This document shows, one piece after another, positions 1-11,726 of a stretch of 25,335 nt of DNA. The stretch lies in IMG/VR virus record IMGVR_UViG_2706794685_000004. One strand, 5' to 3'. Under the pieces are notes generated by a model. The model saw only the letters and a list, made by a program, of their open reading frames with translations. It was not told where the DNA came from and did no database searches. Positions within the stretch are counted from its first letter, which is position 1; each line of letters starts with the position of its first letter. This DNA is from a virus (lineage: Duplodnaviria > Heunggongvirae > Uroviricota > Caudoviricetes). The translations under genes were made by a program, and so were the position numbers.

Positions 1-200
1 CCACGGGAATATCTGCGGCAGCGGGCTTGTAATGGGTTAAGTGATAACAGATGTCTGGAAATATAGGGGCAAATCCAATCGTCGCCGTATTCCCGTATTA
101 ACAGAGACCGTAGCCCGACGGGGAACTCCTTCTGCGCGAGTGTGCGGGAATAATCAAAAACGATGCACACCGGGGTTACCGGGTACACATATTTCATCAT
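1..200 (-). CDS. hypothetical protein, N-terminal part only (gene runs off the left edge)
   Basis: Reverse-strand reading from ATGATG (forward 195-200) is open to position 1 (about 66 codons, MMKYVYPVTPVCIVFDYSRTLAQKEF...). No clear Shine-Dalgarno. Overlaps antisense with the + ORF 41-244, which is Arg-rich and looks less protein-like. Confidence 0.25.
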   Translation of the reverse strand, partial: MMKYVYPVTPVCIVFDYSRTLAQKEFPVGLRSLLIREYGDDWICPYISRHLLSLNPLQARCRRYSR

Positions 201-245
201 GCCAGCGAGTCCGGTTCTGGCACGGAAGAAACCGGACGTTATGAT

Positions 246-656
246 TTAGTGCGGAAATATTTGTGTAGTGTTCTGTATGTTCTCAGTAAAGAGTAATGAA
301 TTATCAAAGGTATAGTAATACCTTTTGTTTTCGTGGATATTTGTAATCCATCTGAAAACCCCTGCTGTAGCAAGATTTTTCCTGTATTCGTAAAATGATA
401 ACTCTCCTGATTTGAATCCTTTTAAGGTGGCTTCTATAAGGCATTTATTTTTTGAAAATCTTACATTTACAACCTTACCCTGTCCTTTTATTAAAACCGT
501 ATTATCGTTTTCAAGAACAAGATGAATATTCTCTGTGGCTAAATAGTAAATGTAATGTGAGACATTGTGACGTTTTAGTTCAGAATAAAACCAGTGATAG
601 TTTAAATTATTTCGCACTTTATCGAATATTTGTTTAAAAATGGCAACCTGAGCCAT
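246..656 (-). CDS. hypothetical moron protein, 136 aa (possibly DUF1398/YbcV-like)
   Basis: ORF track 246-671 (-). I place the start at the second ATG (656) because GGAAGG lies about 7 nt upstream. AT-rich codon usage unlike the flanking late genes. Family assignment is from memory of DLP12 YbcV and is unverified. Confidence 0.5.
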   Translation of the reverse strand: MAQVAIFKQIFDKVRNNLNYHWFYSELKRHNVSHYIYYLATENIHLVLENDNTVLIKGQGKVVNVRFSKNKCLIEATLKGFKSGELSFYEYRKNLATAGVFRWITNIHENKRYYYTFDNSLLFTENIQNTTQIFPH

Positions 657-713
657 TGTAGTACCTTCCATGTGATCTGAGGGGGCGTAGTCTGCACGAT
701 TATCTAAATTGCT

Positions 714-947
714 TCAATCTGGTCTAACCTGTTTTCTGAGCAATTCAGTAATGTCACTCTTTTCTTTGTTTGCTTCAGGCGAAACTCTTTTTTCTGAGCA
801 CAGTCTCCGGCGGCAGGCTTCAATGACCCAGGCTGAGAAATTCCCGGACCCTTTTTGAACAAGAGCGATGTTAATTTGTTCAATCATTTGGTTAGGAAAG
901 CGGATGTTGCGGGTTGTTGTTCTGCGGGTTCTGTTCTTCGTTGACAT
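714..947 (-). CDS. small basic putative DNA-binding protein, 77 aa (possibly DUF3950/YlcI-like, ribbon-helix-helix-like)
   Basis: ORF track 714-947 (-). Arg/Thr-rich N-terminus, then RNIRFPNQMIEQINIALVQKGSGNFSAWVIEACRRRL, which resembles a beta-strand plus two helices. Same strand as 246-656 with a 57 nt gap. Family call from memory, unverified. Confidence 0.5.
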   Translation of the reverse strand: MSTKNRTRRTTTRNIRFPNQMIEQINIALVQKGSGNFSAWVIEACRRRLCSEKRVSPEANKEKSDITELLRKQVRPD

Positions 948-1016
948 GAGGTTGCCCTGTATTCAGTGTCGCTGATTTGTATTGTCTGAAGTTGTTTTTA
1001 CGTTAAGTTGATGCAG

Positions 1017-1049
1017 ATCAATTAATACGATACCTGCGTCATAATTGAT
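1017..1049. promoter_or_regulatory. inverted repeat ATCAATTA-N17-TAATTGAT, candidate operator upstream of the 714-947 gene
   Basis: Perfect 8 bp arms at 1017-1024 and 1042-1049, read directly from the sequence. It lies 70-100 nt upstream of the minus-strand start codon at 947. Function is inferred. Confidence 0.3.
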
Positions 1050-1099
1050 TATTTGACGTGGTTTGATGGCGTAGATGCACGTTGTGACATGTAGATGAT

Positions 1100-1335
1100 A
1101 ATTATTATCATTTTGCGGGTCCTTTCCGGCGATCCGACAGGTTACGGGGCGGAAGGCGCGCGGGTTTTCGCTATTTATGACAATTTTCCGGTTTAAGGCG
1201 TTTCCGTTCTTCTTCGCCGTAACCTAATGTTTTTATTTAAAACACCCCCTGAAAAGAAAGGAAACGACAGGTGCTGAAAACGGGCTTTTTGGCCTCTGTC
1301 GTTTCCTTTCTCTGTTTTTGTCCGTGGAATGAACA
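1100..1335 (+). other. cos: cos region (cosN with flanking cosQ/cosB-like sequence)
   Basis: CGACAGGTTACG followed by GGGCGG....CGCGGGTTTTCGCTATTTATGA matches the lambda right-end/left-end junction as I recall it. Putative 12 nt cohesive end at 1147-1158. A 14 bp inverted repeat AAAGGAAACGACAG / CTGTCGTTTCCTTT lies between cosN and nu1. Confidence 0.75.
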
Positions 1336-1855
1336 ATGGAAGTCAACAAAAAGCAGCTGGCTGACATTTTCGGTGCGAGTATCCGTACCATTCAGAACTG
1401 GCAGGAACAGGGAATGCCCGTTCTGCGAGGCGGTGGCAAGGGTAATGAGGTGCTTTATGACTCTGCCGCCGTTATAAGATGGTATGCCGAAAGGGATGCT
1501 GAAATTGAGAACGAAAAGCTGCGCCGGGAAGTTGAAGAACTGCGGCAGGCCAGCGAGACAGATCTCCAGCCAGGGACTATTGAGTACGAACGCCATCGAC
1601 TTACGCGTGCGCAGGCCGACGCACAGGAGCTGAAAAATGCCAGAGACTCCGCTGAAGTGGTGGAAACCGCATTCTGTACTTTCGTGCTGTCGCGGATCGC
1701 AGGTGAAATTGCCAGTATTCTCGACGGGATCCCCCTGTCGGTGCAGCGGCGTTTTCCGGAACTGGAAAACCGACATGTTGATTTCCTGAAACGGGATATC
1801 ATCAAAGCCATGAACAAAGCAGCCGCGCTGGATGAACTGATACCGGGGTTGCTGA

Positions 1856-1881
<26 letters not shown>
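1336..1881 (+). CDS. nu1: terminase small subunit Nu1
   Basis: 181 aa ORF starting MEVNKKQLADIFGASIRTIQNWQEQGMPVL, matching lambda Nu1 as recalled. Sits immediately right of cos and overlaps the A start by 26 nt. Confidence 0.95.
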
Positions 1882-5564
<3,683 letters not shown>

Positions 5565-5584
<20 letters not shown>

Positions 5585-6884
5585 TCTCCCGCATATTGCC
5601 AGCATGGCTTTTAATGAGCCGCTGATGCTTGAACCCGCCTATGCGCGGGTTTTCTTTTGTGCGCTTGCAGGCCAGCTTGGGATCAGCTGCCTGACGGATG
5701 CAGTATCCGGCGACAGCCTGACTGCCGGAGAGGCACCCGCGGCGCTGGCGTTATCCGGTGATGATGACGGACCACGACAGGCCCGCAGTTATCAGGTAAT
5801 GAACGGCATCGCCGTGCTGCCGGTGTCCGGCACGCTGGTCAGCCGGACGCGGGCGCTGCAGCCGTACTCGGGGATGACCGGTTACAACGGCATTATCGCC
5901 CGTCTGCAACAGGCTGCCAGCGACCCGATGGTGGACGGCATTCTGCTCGATATGGACACACCGGGCGGAATGGTGGCGGGAGCATTTGACTGCGCTGACA
6001 TCATCGCCCGTGTGCGTGACATAAAGCCGGTATGGGCGCTGGCCAATGACATGAACTGCAGCGCAGGTCAGCTGCTTGCCAGTGCCGCCTCCCGGCGTCT
6101 GGTCACGCAGACCGCCCGGACAGGCTCCATCGGCGTCATGATGGCTCACAGTAATTACGGCGCTGCACTGGAGAAACAGGGCGTGGAAATCACGCTGATT
6201 TACAGCGGCAGCCATAAGGTGGATGGCAACCCCTACAGCCATCTACCGGATGATGTCCGGGAAACATTGCAGTCCCGGATGGATGCAACCCGCCGGATGT
6301 TTGCACAGAAGGTGTCGGCATATACCGGCCTGTCCGTGCAGGCTGTGCTGGATACCGAGGCTGCAGTGTACAGCGGTCAGGAGGCCATTGATGCCGGACT
6401 GGCTGATGAACTTGTTAACAGTACCGATGCGATCACCGTCATGCGTGATGCACTGGATGCACGTAAATCCCGTCTCTCAGGAGGGCGAATGACCAAAGAG
6501 ACTCAATCAACAACTGTTTCAGCCACTGCTTCGCAGGCTGACGTTACTGGCGTGGTGCAAGCGACGGAGGGCGAGAACGCCAGCGCGGCGCAGCCGGACG
6601 TGAACGCGCAGATCACCGCAGCGGTTGCGGCAGAAAACAGTCGCATTATGGGGATCCTCAACTGTGAGGAGGCTCACGGACGCGAAGAACAGGCACGCGT
6701 GCTGGCCGAAACCCCCGGTATGACCGTGGAAACGGCCCGCCGTATTCTGGCCGCAGCACCACAGAGTGCACAGACGCGCAGTGACACTGCGCTGGATCGT
6801 CTGATGCAGGGGGCACCGGCACCGCTGGCTGCAGGTAACCCGGCATCTGATGCCGTTAACGATTTGCTGAACACACCAGTGTAA
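5565..6884 (+). CDS. C: head maturation protease / scaffold C
   Basis: GTG start at 5565 preceded by GAGGAGGAG. The 439 aa product VTAELRNLPHIASMAFNEPLMLEPAYARVFF matches lambda gpC. Overlaps the 3' end of B by 20 nt. Confidence 0.9.
6279..6884 (+). CDS. nu3: scaffolding protein Nu3 (in-frame internal start within C)
   Basis: Internal ATG at 6279 in the C reading frame gives 201 aa starting MDATRRMF and sharing the C stop, the same nested arrangement as lambda C/Nu3. Weak Shine-Dalgarno. Confidence 0.75.
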   Translation: MDATRRMFAQKVSAYTGLSVQAVLDTEAAVYSGQEAIDAGLADELVNSTDAITVMRDALDARKSRLSGGRMTKETQSTTVSATASQADVTGVVQATEGENASAAQPDVNAQITAAVAAENSRIMGILNCEEAHGREEQARVLAETPGMTVETARRILAAAPQSAQTRSDTALDRLMQGAPAPLAAGNPASDAVNDLLNTPV

Positions 6885-6893
6885 GGGATGTTT

Positions 6894-7226
6894 ATGACGA
6901 GCAAAGAAACCTTTACCCATTACCAGCCGCTGGGCAATAGTGACCCGGCTCATACCGCAACCGCGCCCGGCGGATTGAGTGCGAAAGCGCCTGCAATGAC
7001 CCCGCTGATGCTGGACACCTCCACCCGTAAGCTGGTTGCGTGGGATGGCACCACCGACGGTGCTGCCGTTGGCATTCTTGCGGTTGCTGCTGACCAGACC
7101 AGCACCACACTGACGTTCTACAAGTCCGGCACGTTCCGTTATGAGGATGTGCTCTGGCCGGAGGCTGCCAGCGACGAGACGAAAAAACGGACCGTGTTTG
7201 CCGGAACGGCAATCAGCATCGTTTAA
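6894..7226 (+). CDS. D: head decoration protein D
   Basis: 110 aa from ATG 6894 ([27 protein letters not shown]), AGGGA Shine-Dalgarno 5 nt upstream. Matches lambda gpD. Confidence 0.93.
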   Translation: MTSKETFTHYQPLGNSDPAHTATAPGGLSAKAPAMTPLMLDTSTRKLVAWDGTTDGAAVGILAVAADQTSTTLTFYKSGTFRYEDVLWPEAASDETKKRTVFAGTAISIV

Positions 7227-7281
7227 CTTTACCCTTCATCACTAAAGGCCGCCTGTGTGGCTTTTTTTACGGGATTTTTTT

Positions 7282-8307
7282 ATGTCGATGTACACAACCG
7301 CCCAGCTGCTGGCGGCAAATGAGCAGAAATTTAAGTTTGATCCGCTGTTTCTGCGTCTCTTTTTCCGTGAGAGCTATCCCTTCACTACGGAGAAAGTCTA
7401 TCTCTCACAAATTCCGGGACTGGTAAACATGGCGCTGTACGTTTCGCCGATTGTTTCCGGTGAGGTTATCCGTTCCCGTGGCGGCTCCACCTCTGAATTT
7501 ACGCCGGGATATGTCAAACCCAAGCATGAGGTGAATCCGCAGATGACCCTGCGTCGCCTGCCGGATGAAGATCCGCAGAATCTGGCGGACCCGGCTTACC
7601 GCCGCCGTCGCATCATCATGCAGAACATGCGTGACGAAGAGCTGGCCATTGCTCAGGTCGAAGAGATGCAGGCAGTTTCTGCCGTGCTCAAGGGCAAATA
7701 CACCATGACCGGTGAAGCCTTCGATCCGGTTGAGGTGGATATGGGCCGCAGTGCGGCGAACAACATCACACAGTCCGGCGTCACGGAGTGGAGCAAGCGT
7801 GACAAGTCCACGTATGACCCGACCGACGATATCGAAGCCTACGCGCTGAACGCCAGCGGTGTGGTGAATATCATCGTGTTTGACCCGAAAGGCTGGGCGC
7901 TGTTCCGTTCCTTCAAAGCCGTCAAGGAGAAGCTGGATACCCGTCGCGGCTCTCATTCCGAGCTGGAGACAGCGGTAAAAGACCTGGGCAAAGCGGTGTC
8001 CTATAAGGGAATGTATGGCGATGTGGCCATCGTCGTGTATTCCGGACAGTACGTGGAAAACGGCGTCAAAAAGAACTTCCTGCCGGACAACACGATGGTG
8101 CTGGGGAACACTCAGGCTCGCGGTCTGCGCACCTATGGCTGCATTCAGGATGCGGACGCACAGCGCGAAGGCATTAACGCTTCTGCCCGTTACCCGAAAA
8201 ACTGGGTGACCACCGGCGATCCGGCGCGTGAGTTCACCATGATTCAGTCAGCACCGCTGATGCTGCTGGCTGATCCTGATGAGTTCGTGTCCGTTCAACT
8301 GGCGTAA
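7282..8307 (+). CDS. E: major capsid protein E
   Basis: 341 aa from ATG 7282 (MSMYTTAQLLAANEQKFKFDPLFLRLFF), matching lambda gpE. The track ORF begins 9 codons further upstream, but the lambda-equivalent start has a GGGA Shine-Dalgarno. Confidence 0.95.
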   Translation: MSMYTTAQLLAANEQKFKFDPLFLRLFFRESYPFTTEKVYLSQIPGLVNMALYVSPIVSGEVIRSRGGSTSEFTPGYVKPKHEVNPQMTLRRLPDEDPQNLADPAYRRRRIIMQNMRDEELAIAQVEEMQAVSAVLKGKYTMTGEAFDPVEVDMGRSAANNITQSGVTEWSKRDKSTYDPTDDIEAYALNASGVVNIIVFDPKGWALFRSFKAVKEKLDTRRGSHSELETAVKDLGKAVSYKGMYGDVAIVVYSGQYVENGVKKNFLPDNTMVLGNTQARGLRTYGCIQDADAQREGINASARYPKNWVTTGDPAREFTMIQSAPLMLLADPDEFVSVQLA

Positions 8308-8348
8308 TCATGGCCCTTCGGGGCCATTTTCTCTCTGTGGAGGAGTTC

Positions 8349-8747
8349 ATGACGAAAGATGAACTGATTGCCCGTCTTCAGGAGCTGGGTGAGCAATTGA
8401 ACCGCGATGTCAGTTTGACGGGAACGAAAGAAGAACTGGCGCTTCGTGTGGCAGAGCTGGAAGAAGAGCTTGATGACACGGATGAAACTGCCGGTCAGGA
8501 CACCCCTCTCAGCCGGGAAAATGTGCTGACCGGGCATGAAAATGAGGTGGTATCAGCGCAGCCGGATACCGTGATTCAGGATACGGCTGAACTGGTCACG
8601 GTCGTGGCACTGGTGACGCTGCATACTGATGCACTTCACGCCACGCGGGATAAACCTGTGGCATTTGTGCTGCCGGGAACGGCGTTTCGTGTCTCTGCCG
8701 GTGTGGCAGCCGAAATGACAGAGCGCGGCCTGGCCAGAATGCAATAA
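8349..8747 (+). CDS. FI: head assembly protein FI
   Basis: 132 aa from ATG 8349 (MTKDELIARLQELGEQLNRDVSLTGTKEELALRV), GGAGG Shine-Dalgarno. Matches lambda gpFI. Confidence 0.9.
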   Translation: MTKDELIARLQELGEQLNRDVSLTGTKEELALRVAELEEELDDTDETAGQDTPLSRENVLTGHENEVVSAQPDTVIQDTAELVTVVALVTLHTDALHATRDKPVAFVLPGTAFRVSAGVAAEMTERGLARMQ

Positions 8748-8758
8748 CGGGAGGCGCT

Positions 8759-9112
8759 GTGGCTGATTTCGATAACCTGTTCGATGCTGCCATTGCCCGC
8801 GCCGATGAAACGATACGCGGGTACATGGGAACGTCAGCCACCATGACATCCGGTGAGCAGTCAGGTGCGGTGATACGTGGTGTTTTTGATGACCCTGAAA
8901 ATATCAGCTATGCCGGACAGGGCGTGCGCGTTGAAGGCTCCAGCCCGTCCCTGTTTGTCCGGACTGATGAGGTGCGGCAGCTGCGGCGTGGAGACACGCT
9001 GACCATCGGTGAGGAAAATTTCTGGGTAGATCGGGTTTCGCCGGATGATGGCGGAAGTTGTCATCTCTGGCTTGGACGGGGCGTACCGCCTGCCGTTAAC
9101 CGTCGCCGCTGA
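8759..9112 (+). CDS. FII: head-tail connector protein FII
   Basis: 117 aa with GTG start (MADFDNLFDAAIARADETIRGYMG), matching lambda gpFII. Confidence 0.9.
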   Translation: MADFDNLFDAAIARADETIRGYMGTSATMTSGEQSGAVIRGVFDDPENISYAGQGVRVEGSSPSLFVRTDEVRQLRRGDTLTIGEENFWVDRVSPDDGGSCHLWLGRGVPPAVNRRR

Positions 9113-9123
9113 AAGGGGGATGT

Positions 9124-9732
9124 ATGGCCATAAAAGGTCTTGAGCAGGCCGTTGAAAACCTCAGCCGTATCAGCAAAACGGCGGTGCCCGGTGCCGCCGC
9201 AATGGCCATTAACCGCGTTGCTTCATCCGCGATATCGCAGTCTGCGTCACAGGTTGCCCGTGAGACAAAGGTACGCCGGAAANNNNNNNNNNNNNNNNNN
9301 NNNNNNNNNNNNNNNNNNNNNNNNNNNNNNNNNNNNNNNNNNNNNNNNNNNNNNNNNNNNNNNNNNNNNNNNNNNNNNNNNNNNNNNNNNNNNNNNNNNN
9401 NNNNNNNNNNNNNNNNNNNNNNNNNNNNNNNNNNNNNNNNNNNNNNNNNNNNNNNNNNNNNNNNNNNNNNNNNNNNNNNNNNNNNNNNNNNNNNNNNNNN
9501 NNNNNNNNNNNNNNNNNNNNNNNNNNNNNNNNNNNNNNNNNNNNNNNNNNNNNNNNTTATGCAGCGTGTGGCCGGGAAAAACCGTTACCCCATTGATGTG
9601 GTGAAAATCCCGATGGCGGTGCCGCTGACCACGGCGTTTAAACAGAATATTGAACGGATACGGCGTGAACGTCTTCCGAAAGAGCTGGGCTATGCGCTGC
9701 AGCATCAACTGAGAATGGTAATAAAGCGATGA
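9124..9732 (+). CDS. Z: tail assembly protein Z (interrupted by assembly gap 9283-9556)
   Basis: N-terminus MAIKGLEQAVENLSRISKTAVPGAAAMAINRV and C-terminus [57 protein letters not shown] match lambda gpZ. Same frame on both sides of the gap. Confidence 0.88.
   Translation: MAIKGLEQAVENLSRISKTAVPGAAAMAINRVASSAISQSASQVARETKVRRKXXXXXXXXXXXXXXXXXXXXXXXXXXXXXXXXXXXXXXXXXXXXXXXXXXXXXXXXXXXXXXXXXXXXXXXXXXXXXXXXXXXXXXXXXXXXMQRVAGKNRYPIDVVKIPMAVPLTTAFKQNIERIRRERLPKELGYALQHQLRMVIKR
9283..9556. other. assembly gap (274 N)
   Basis: Run of N read directly from the sequence. Confidence 0.99.
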
Positions 9733-10124
9733 AACATACTGAACTCCGTGCAGCCGTACTGGATGCACTGGAGAAGCATGACACCGGGGCGACGCTTTTT
9801 GATGGTCGCCCCGCTGTTTTTGATGAGGAAGATTTTCCGGCAATTGCCGTTTATCTCACCGGCGCTGAATACACGGGCGAAGAGCTGGACAGCGATACCT
9901 GGCAGGCGGAGCTGCATATTGAAGTTTTCCTGCCTGCTCAGGTGCCGGATTCAGAGCTGGATTCGTGGATGGAGTCCCGGATTTATCCTGTGATGAGCGA
10001 TATCCCGGCACTGTCAGATTTGATCACCAGTATGGTGGCCAGCGGCTATGACTACCGGCGCGACGATGATGCGGGCCTGTGGAGTTCAGCCGATCTGACT
10101 TATGTCATTATCTATGAAATGTGA
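9729..10124 (+). CDS. U: tail terminator protein U
   Basis: 131 aa [31 protein letters not shown], matching lambda gpU. ATGA overlap with the Z stop. Confidence 0.93.
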   Translation: MKHTELRAAVLDALEKHDTGATLFDGRPAVFDEEDFPAIAVYLTGAEYTGEELDSDTWQAELHIEVFLPAQVPDSELDSWMESRIYPVMSDIPALSDLITSMVASGYDYRRDDDAGLWSSADLTYVIIYEM

Positions 10125-10131
10125 GGACGCT

Positions 10132-10872
10132 ATGCCTGTACCAAATCCTACAATGCCGGTGAAAGGTGCCGGGACCACCCTGTGGGTTTATAAGGGGAGC
10201 GGTGACCCTTATGCGAACCCGCTTTCAGACGTTGACTGGTCGCGTCTGGCAAAAGTTAAAGACCTGACGCCCGGCGAACTGACCGCTGAGTCCTATGACG
10301 ACAGCTATCTCGATGATGAAGATGCAGACTGGACTGCGACCGGGCAGGGGCAGAAATCTGCCGGAGATACCAGCTTCACGCTGGCGTGGATGCCCGGAGA
10401 GCAGGGGCAGCAGGCGCTGCTGGCGTGGTTTAATGAAGGTGATACCCGTGCCTATAAAATCCGCTTCCCGAACGGCACGGTCGATGTGTTCCGTGGCTGG
10501 GTCAGCAGTATCGGTAAGGCGGTGACGGCGAAGGAGGTGATTACCCGCACGGTGAAGGTCACCAATGTGGGACGTCCGTCGATGGCAGAAGATCGCAGCA
10601 CGGTGACGGCGACGACCGGCATGACGGTGACACCCGCCAGTGCTTCCGTAGTGAAAGGGCAGAGCACCACGCTGACCGTGGCATTCCAGCCGGATGGCGC
10701 AACCGACAAGAGCTTCCGTGCGGTGTCTGCGGATAAAACAAAAGCCACCGTGTCGGTCAGTGGTATGACCATCACCGTGAAAGGTGTTGCTGCAGGCAAG
10801 GTCAACATTCCGGTCGTATCTGGTAATGGTGAGTTTGCTGCGGTTGCAGAAATCAACGTCACCGCCAGTTAA
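10132..10872 (+). CDS. V: major tail protein V
   Basis: 246 aa from ATG 10132 ([31 protein letters not shown]), GAGGA Shine-Dalgarno. C-terminal Ig-like segment present. Matches lambda gpV. Confidence 0.95.
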   Translation: MPVPNPTMPVKGAGTTLWVYKGSGDPYANPLSDVDWSRLAKVKDLTPGELTAESYDDSYLDDEDADWTATGQGQKSAGDTSFTLAWMPGEQGQQALLAWFNEGDTRAYKIRFPNGTVDVFRGWVSSIGKAVTAKEVITRTVKVTNVGRPSMAEDRSTVTATTGMTVTPASASVVKGQSTTLTVAFQPDGATDKSFRAVSADKTKATVSVSGMTITVKGVAAGKVNIPVVSGNGEFAAVAEINVTAS

Positions 10873-10887
10873 TCCGGAGAGTCAGCG

Positions 10888-11310
10888 ATGTTCCTGAAAA
10901 CCGAATCATTTGAACATAACGGTGTGACCGTCACGCTTTCTGAACTGTCAGCCCTGCAGCGTATTGAGCATCTCGACCTGATGAAACGGCAGGCAGAACA
11001 GGCGGAGTCAGACAGCAACCGGAAGTTTACTGTGGAAGACGCCATCAGAACCGGCGCTTTTGTGGTTGCGATGTCCCTGTGGCATAACCATCCGAAGAAG
11101 ACGCAGATGCCGTCCATGAATGAAGCCGTTAAACAGATTGAGCAGGAAGTGCTTACCACCTGGCCCACAGAGGCAATTTCTCATGCTGAAAACGTGGTGT
11201 ACCGGCTGTCCGGTATGTATGAGTTTGTGGTGAATGATGCTCCTGAACAGGCAGAGGACGCCGGGCCTGCAGAGCCTGTTTCTGCGGGAAAGTGTTCGAC
11301 GGTGAGCTGA
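10888..11310 (+). CDS. G: tail assembly chaperone G
   Basis: 140 aa MFLKTESFEHNGVTVTLSELSALQRIEHL, matching lambda gpG. Ends just after the GGGAAAG slippery heptamer. Confidence 0.93.
   Translation: MFLKTESFEHNGVTVTLSELSALQRIEHLDLMKRQAEQAESDSNRKFTVEDAIRTGAFVVAMSLWHNHPKKTQMPSMNEAVKQIEQEVLTTWPTEAISHAENVVYRLSGMYEFVVNDAPEQAEDAGPAEPVSAGKCSTVS
11286..11292 (+). promoter_or_regulatory. programmed -1 ribosomal frameshift slippery site G GGA AAG (G to G-T)
   Basis: Heptamer GGGAAAG at 11286-11292 near the 3' end of G. The downstream T ORF (11292-11726) is in the -1 frame relative to G. Confidence 0.85.
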
Positions 11311-11726
11311 GTTTTGCCCTGAAACTGGCGCGTGAGATGGGGCGACCCGACTGGCGCGCCATGCTTGCCGGGATGTCATCCACGGAGTATGCCGACTGGC
11401 ACCGCTTTTACAGTACCCATTATTTTCATGATGTTCTGCTGGATATGCACTTTTCCGGGCTGACGTACACCGTGCTCAGCCTGTTTTTCAGCGATCCGGA
11501 GATGCATCCGCTGGATTTCAGTCTGCTGAACCGGCGCGAGGCTGACGAAGAGCCTGAAGATGATGTGCTGATGCAGAAAGCGGCAGGGCTTGCCGGAGGT
11601 GTCCGCTTTGGCCCGGACGGGAATGAAGTTATCCCCGCTTCCCCGGATGTGGCGGACATGACGGAGGATGACGTAATGCTGATGACAGTATCAGAAGGGA
11701 TCGCAGGAGGAGTCCGGTATGGCTGA
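11292..11726 (+). CDS. T: T segment of the G-T tail assembly chaperone fusion (made by -1 frameshift from G, not independently initiated)
   Basis: 144 aa ORF in the -1 frame relative to G. Sequence (FDGELSFALKLAREMGRPDWRAMLAGMSSTEYADWHRFY) matches the lambda gpG-T C-terminal part. Overlaps the H start by 8 nt. Confidence 0.88.
   Translation: MFDGELSFALKLAREMGRPDWRAMLAGMSSTEYADWHRFYSTHYFHDVLLDMHFSGLTYTVLSLFFSDPEMHPLDFSLLNRREADEEPEDDVLMQKAAGLAGGVRFGPDGNEVIPASPDVADMTEDDVMLMTVSEGIAGGVRYG

Noticed and set aside
209-237. Hairpin GTCCGGTT-N13-AACCGGAC just downstream of the 246-656 gene, considered as its terminator
   Set aside because: 13 nt loop and no U tract in the minus-strand orientation. 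It may be an RNA stability element, but it is not a convincing intrinsic terminator.
41-244. 67 aa plus-strand ORF at the left edge
   Set aside because: Arg-rich and overlaps the minus-strand partial ORF 1-200, which looks more protein-like. Neither is strong; only the minus-strand candidate is kept, at low confidence.
452-637. 61 aa plus-strand ORF
   Set aside because: Entirely antisense within the longer minus-strand ORF 246-656, which has a good Shine-Dalgarno. I may be half-remembering a small plus-strand hypothetical annotated near here in lambda and cannot exclude it.
7227-7281. Possible stem-loop between D and E (AAAGGCCGCC...GGCTTTTTTT)
   Set aside because: Stem pairing is poor on inspection. 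More likely just a T-rich spacer.
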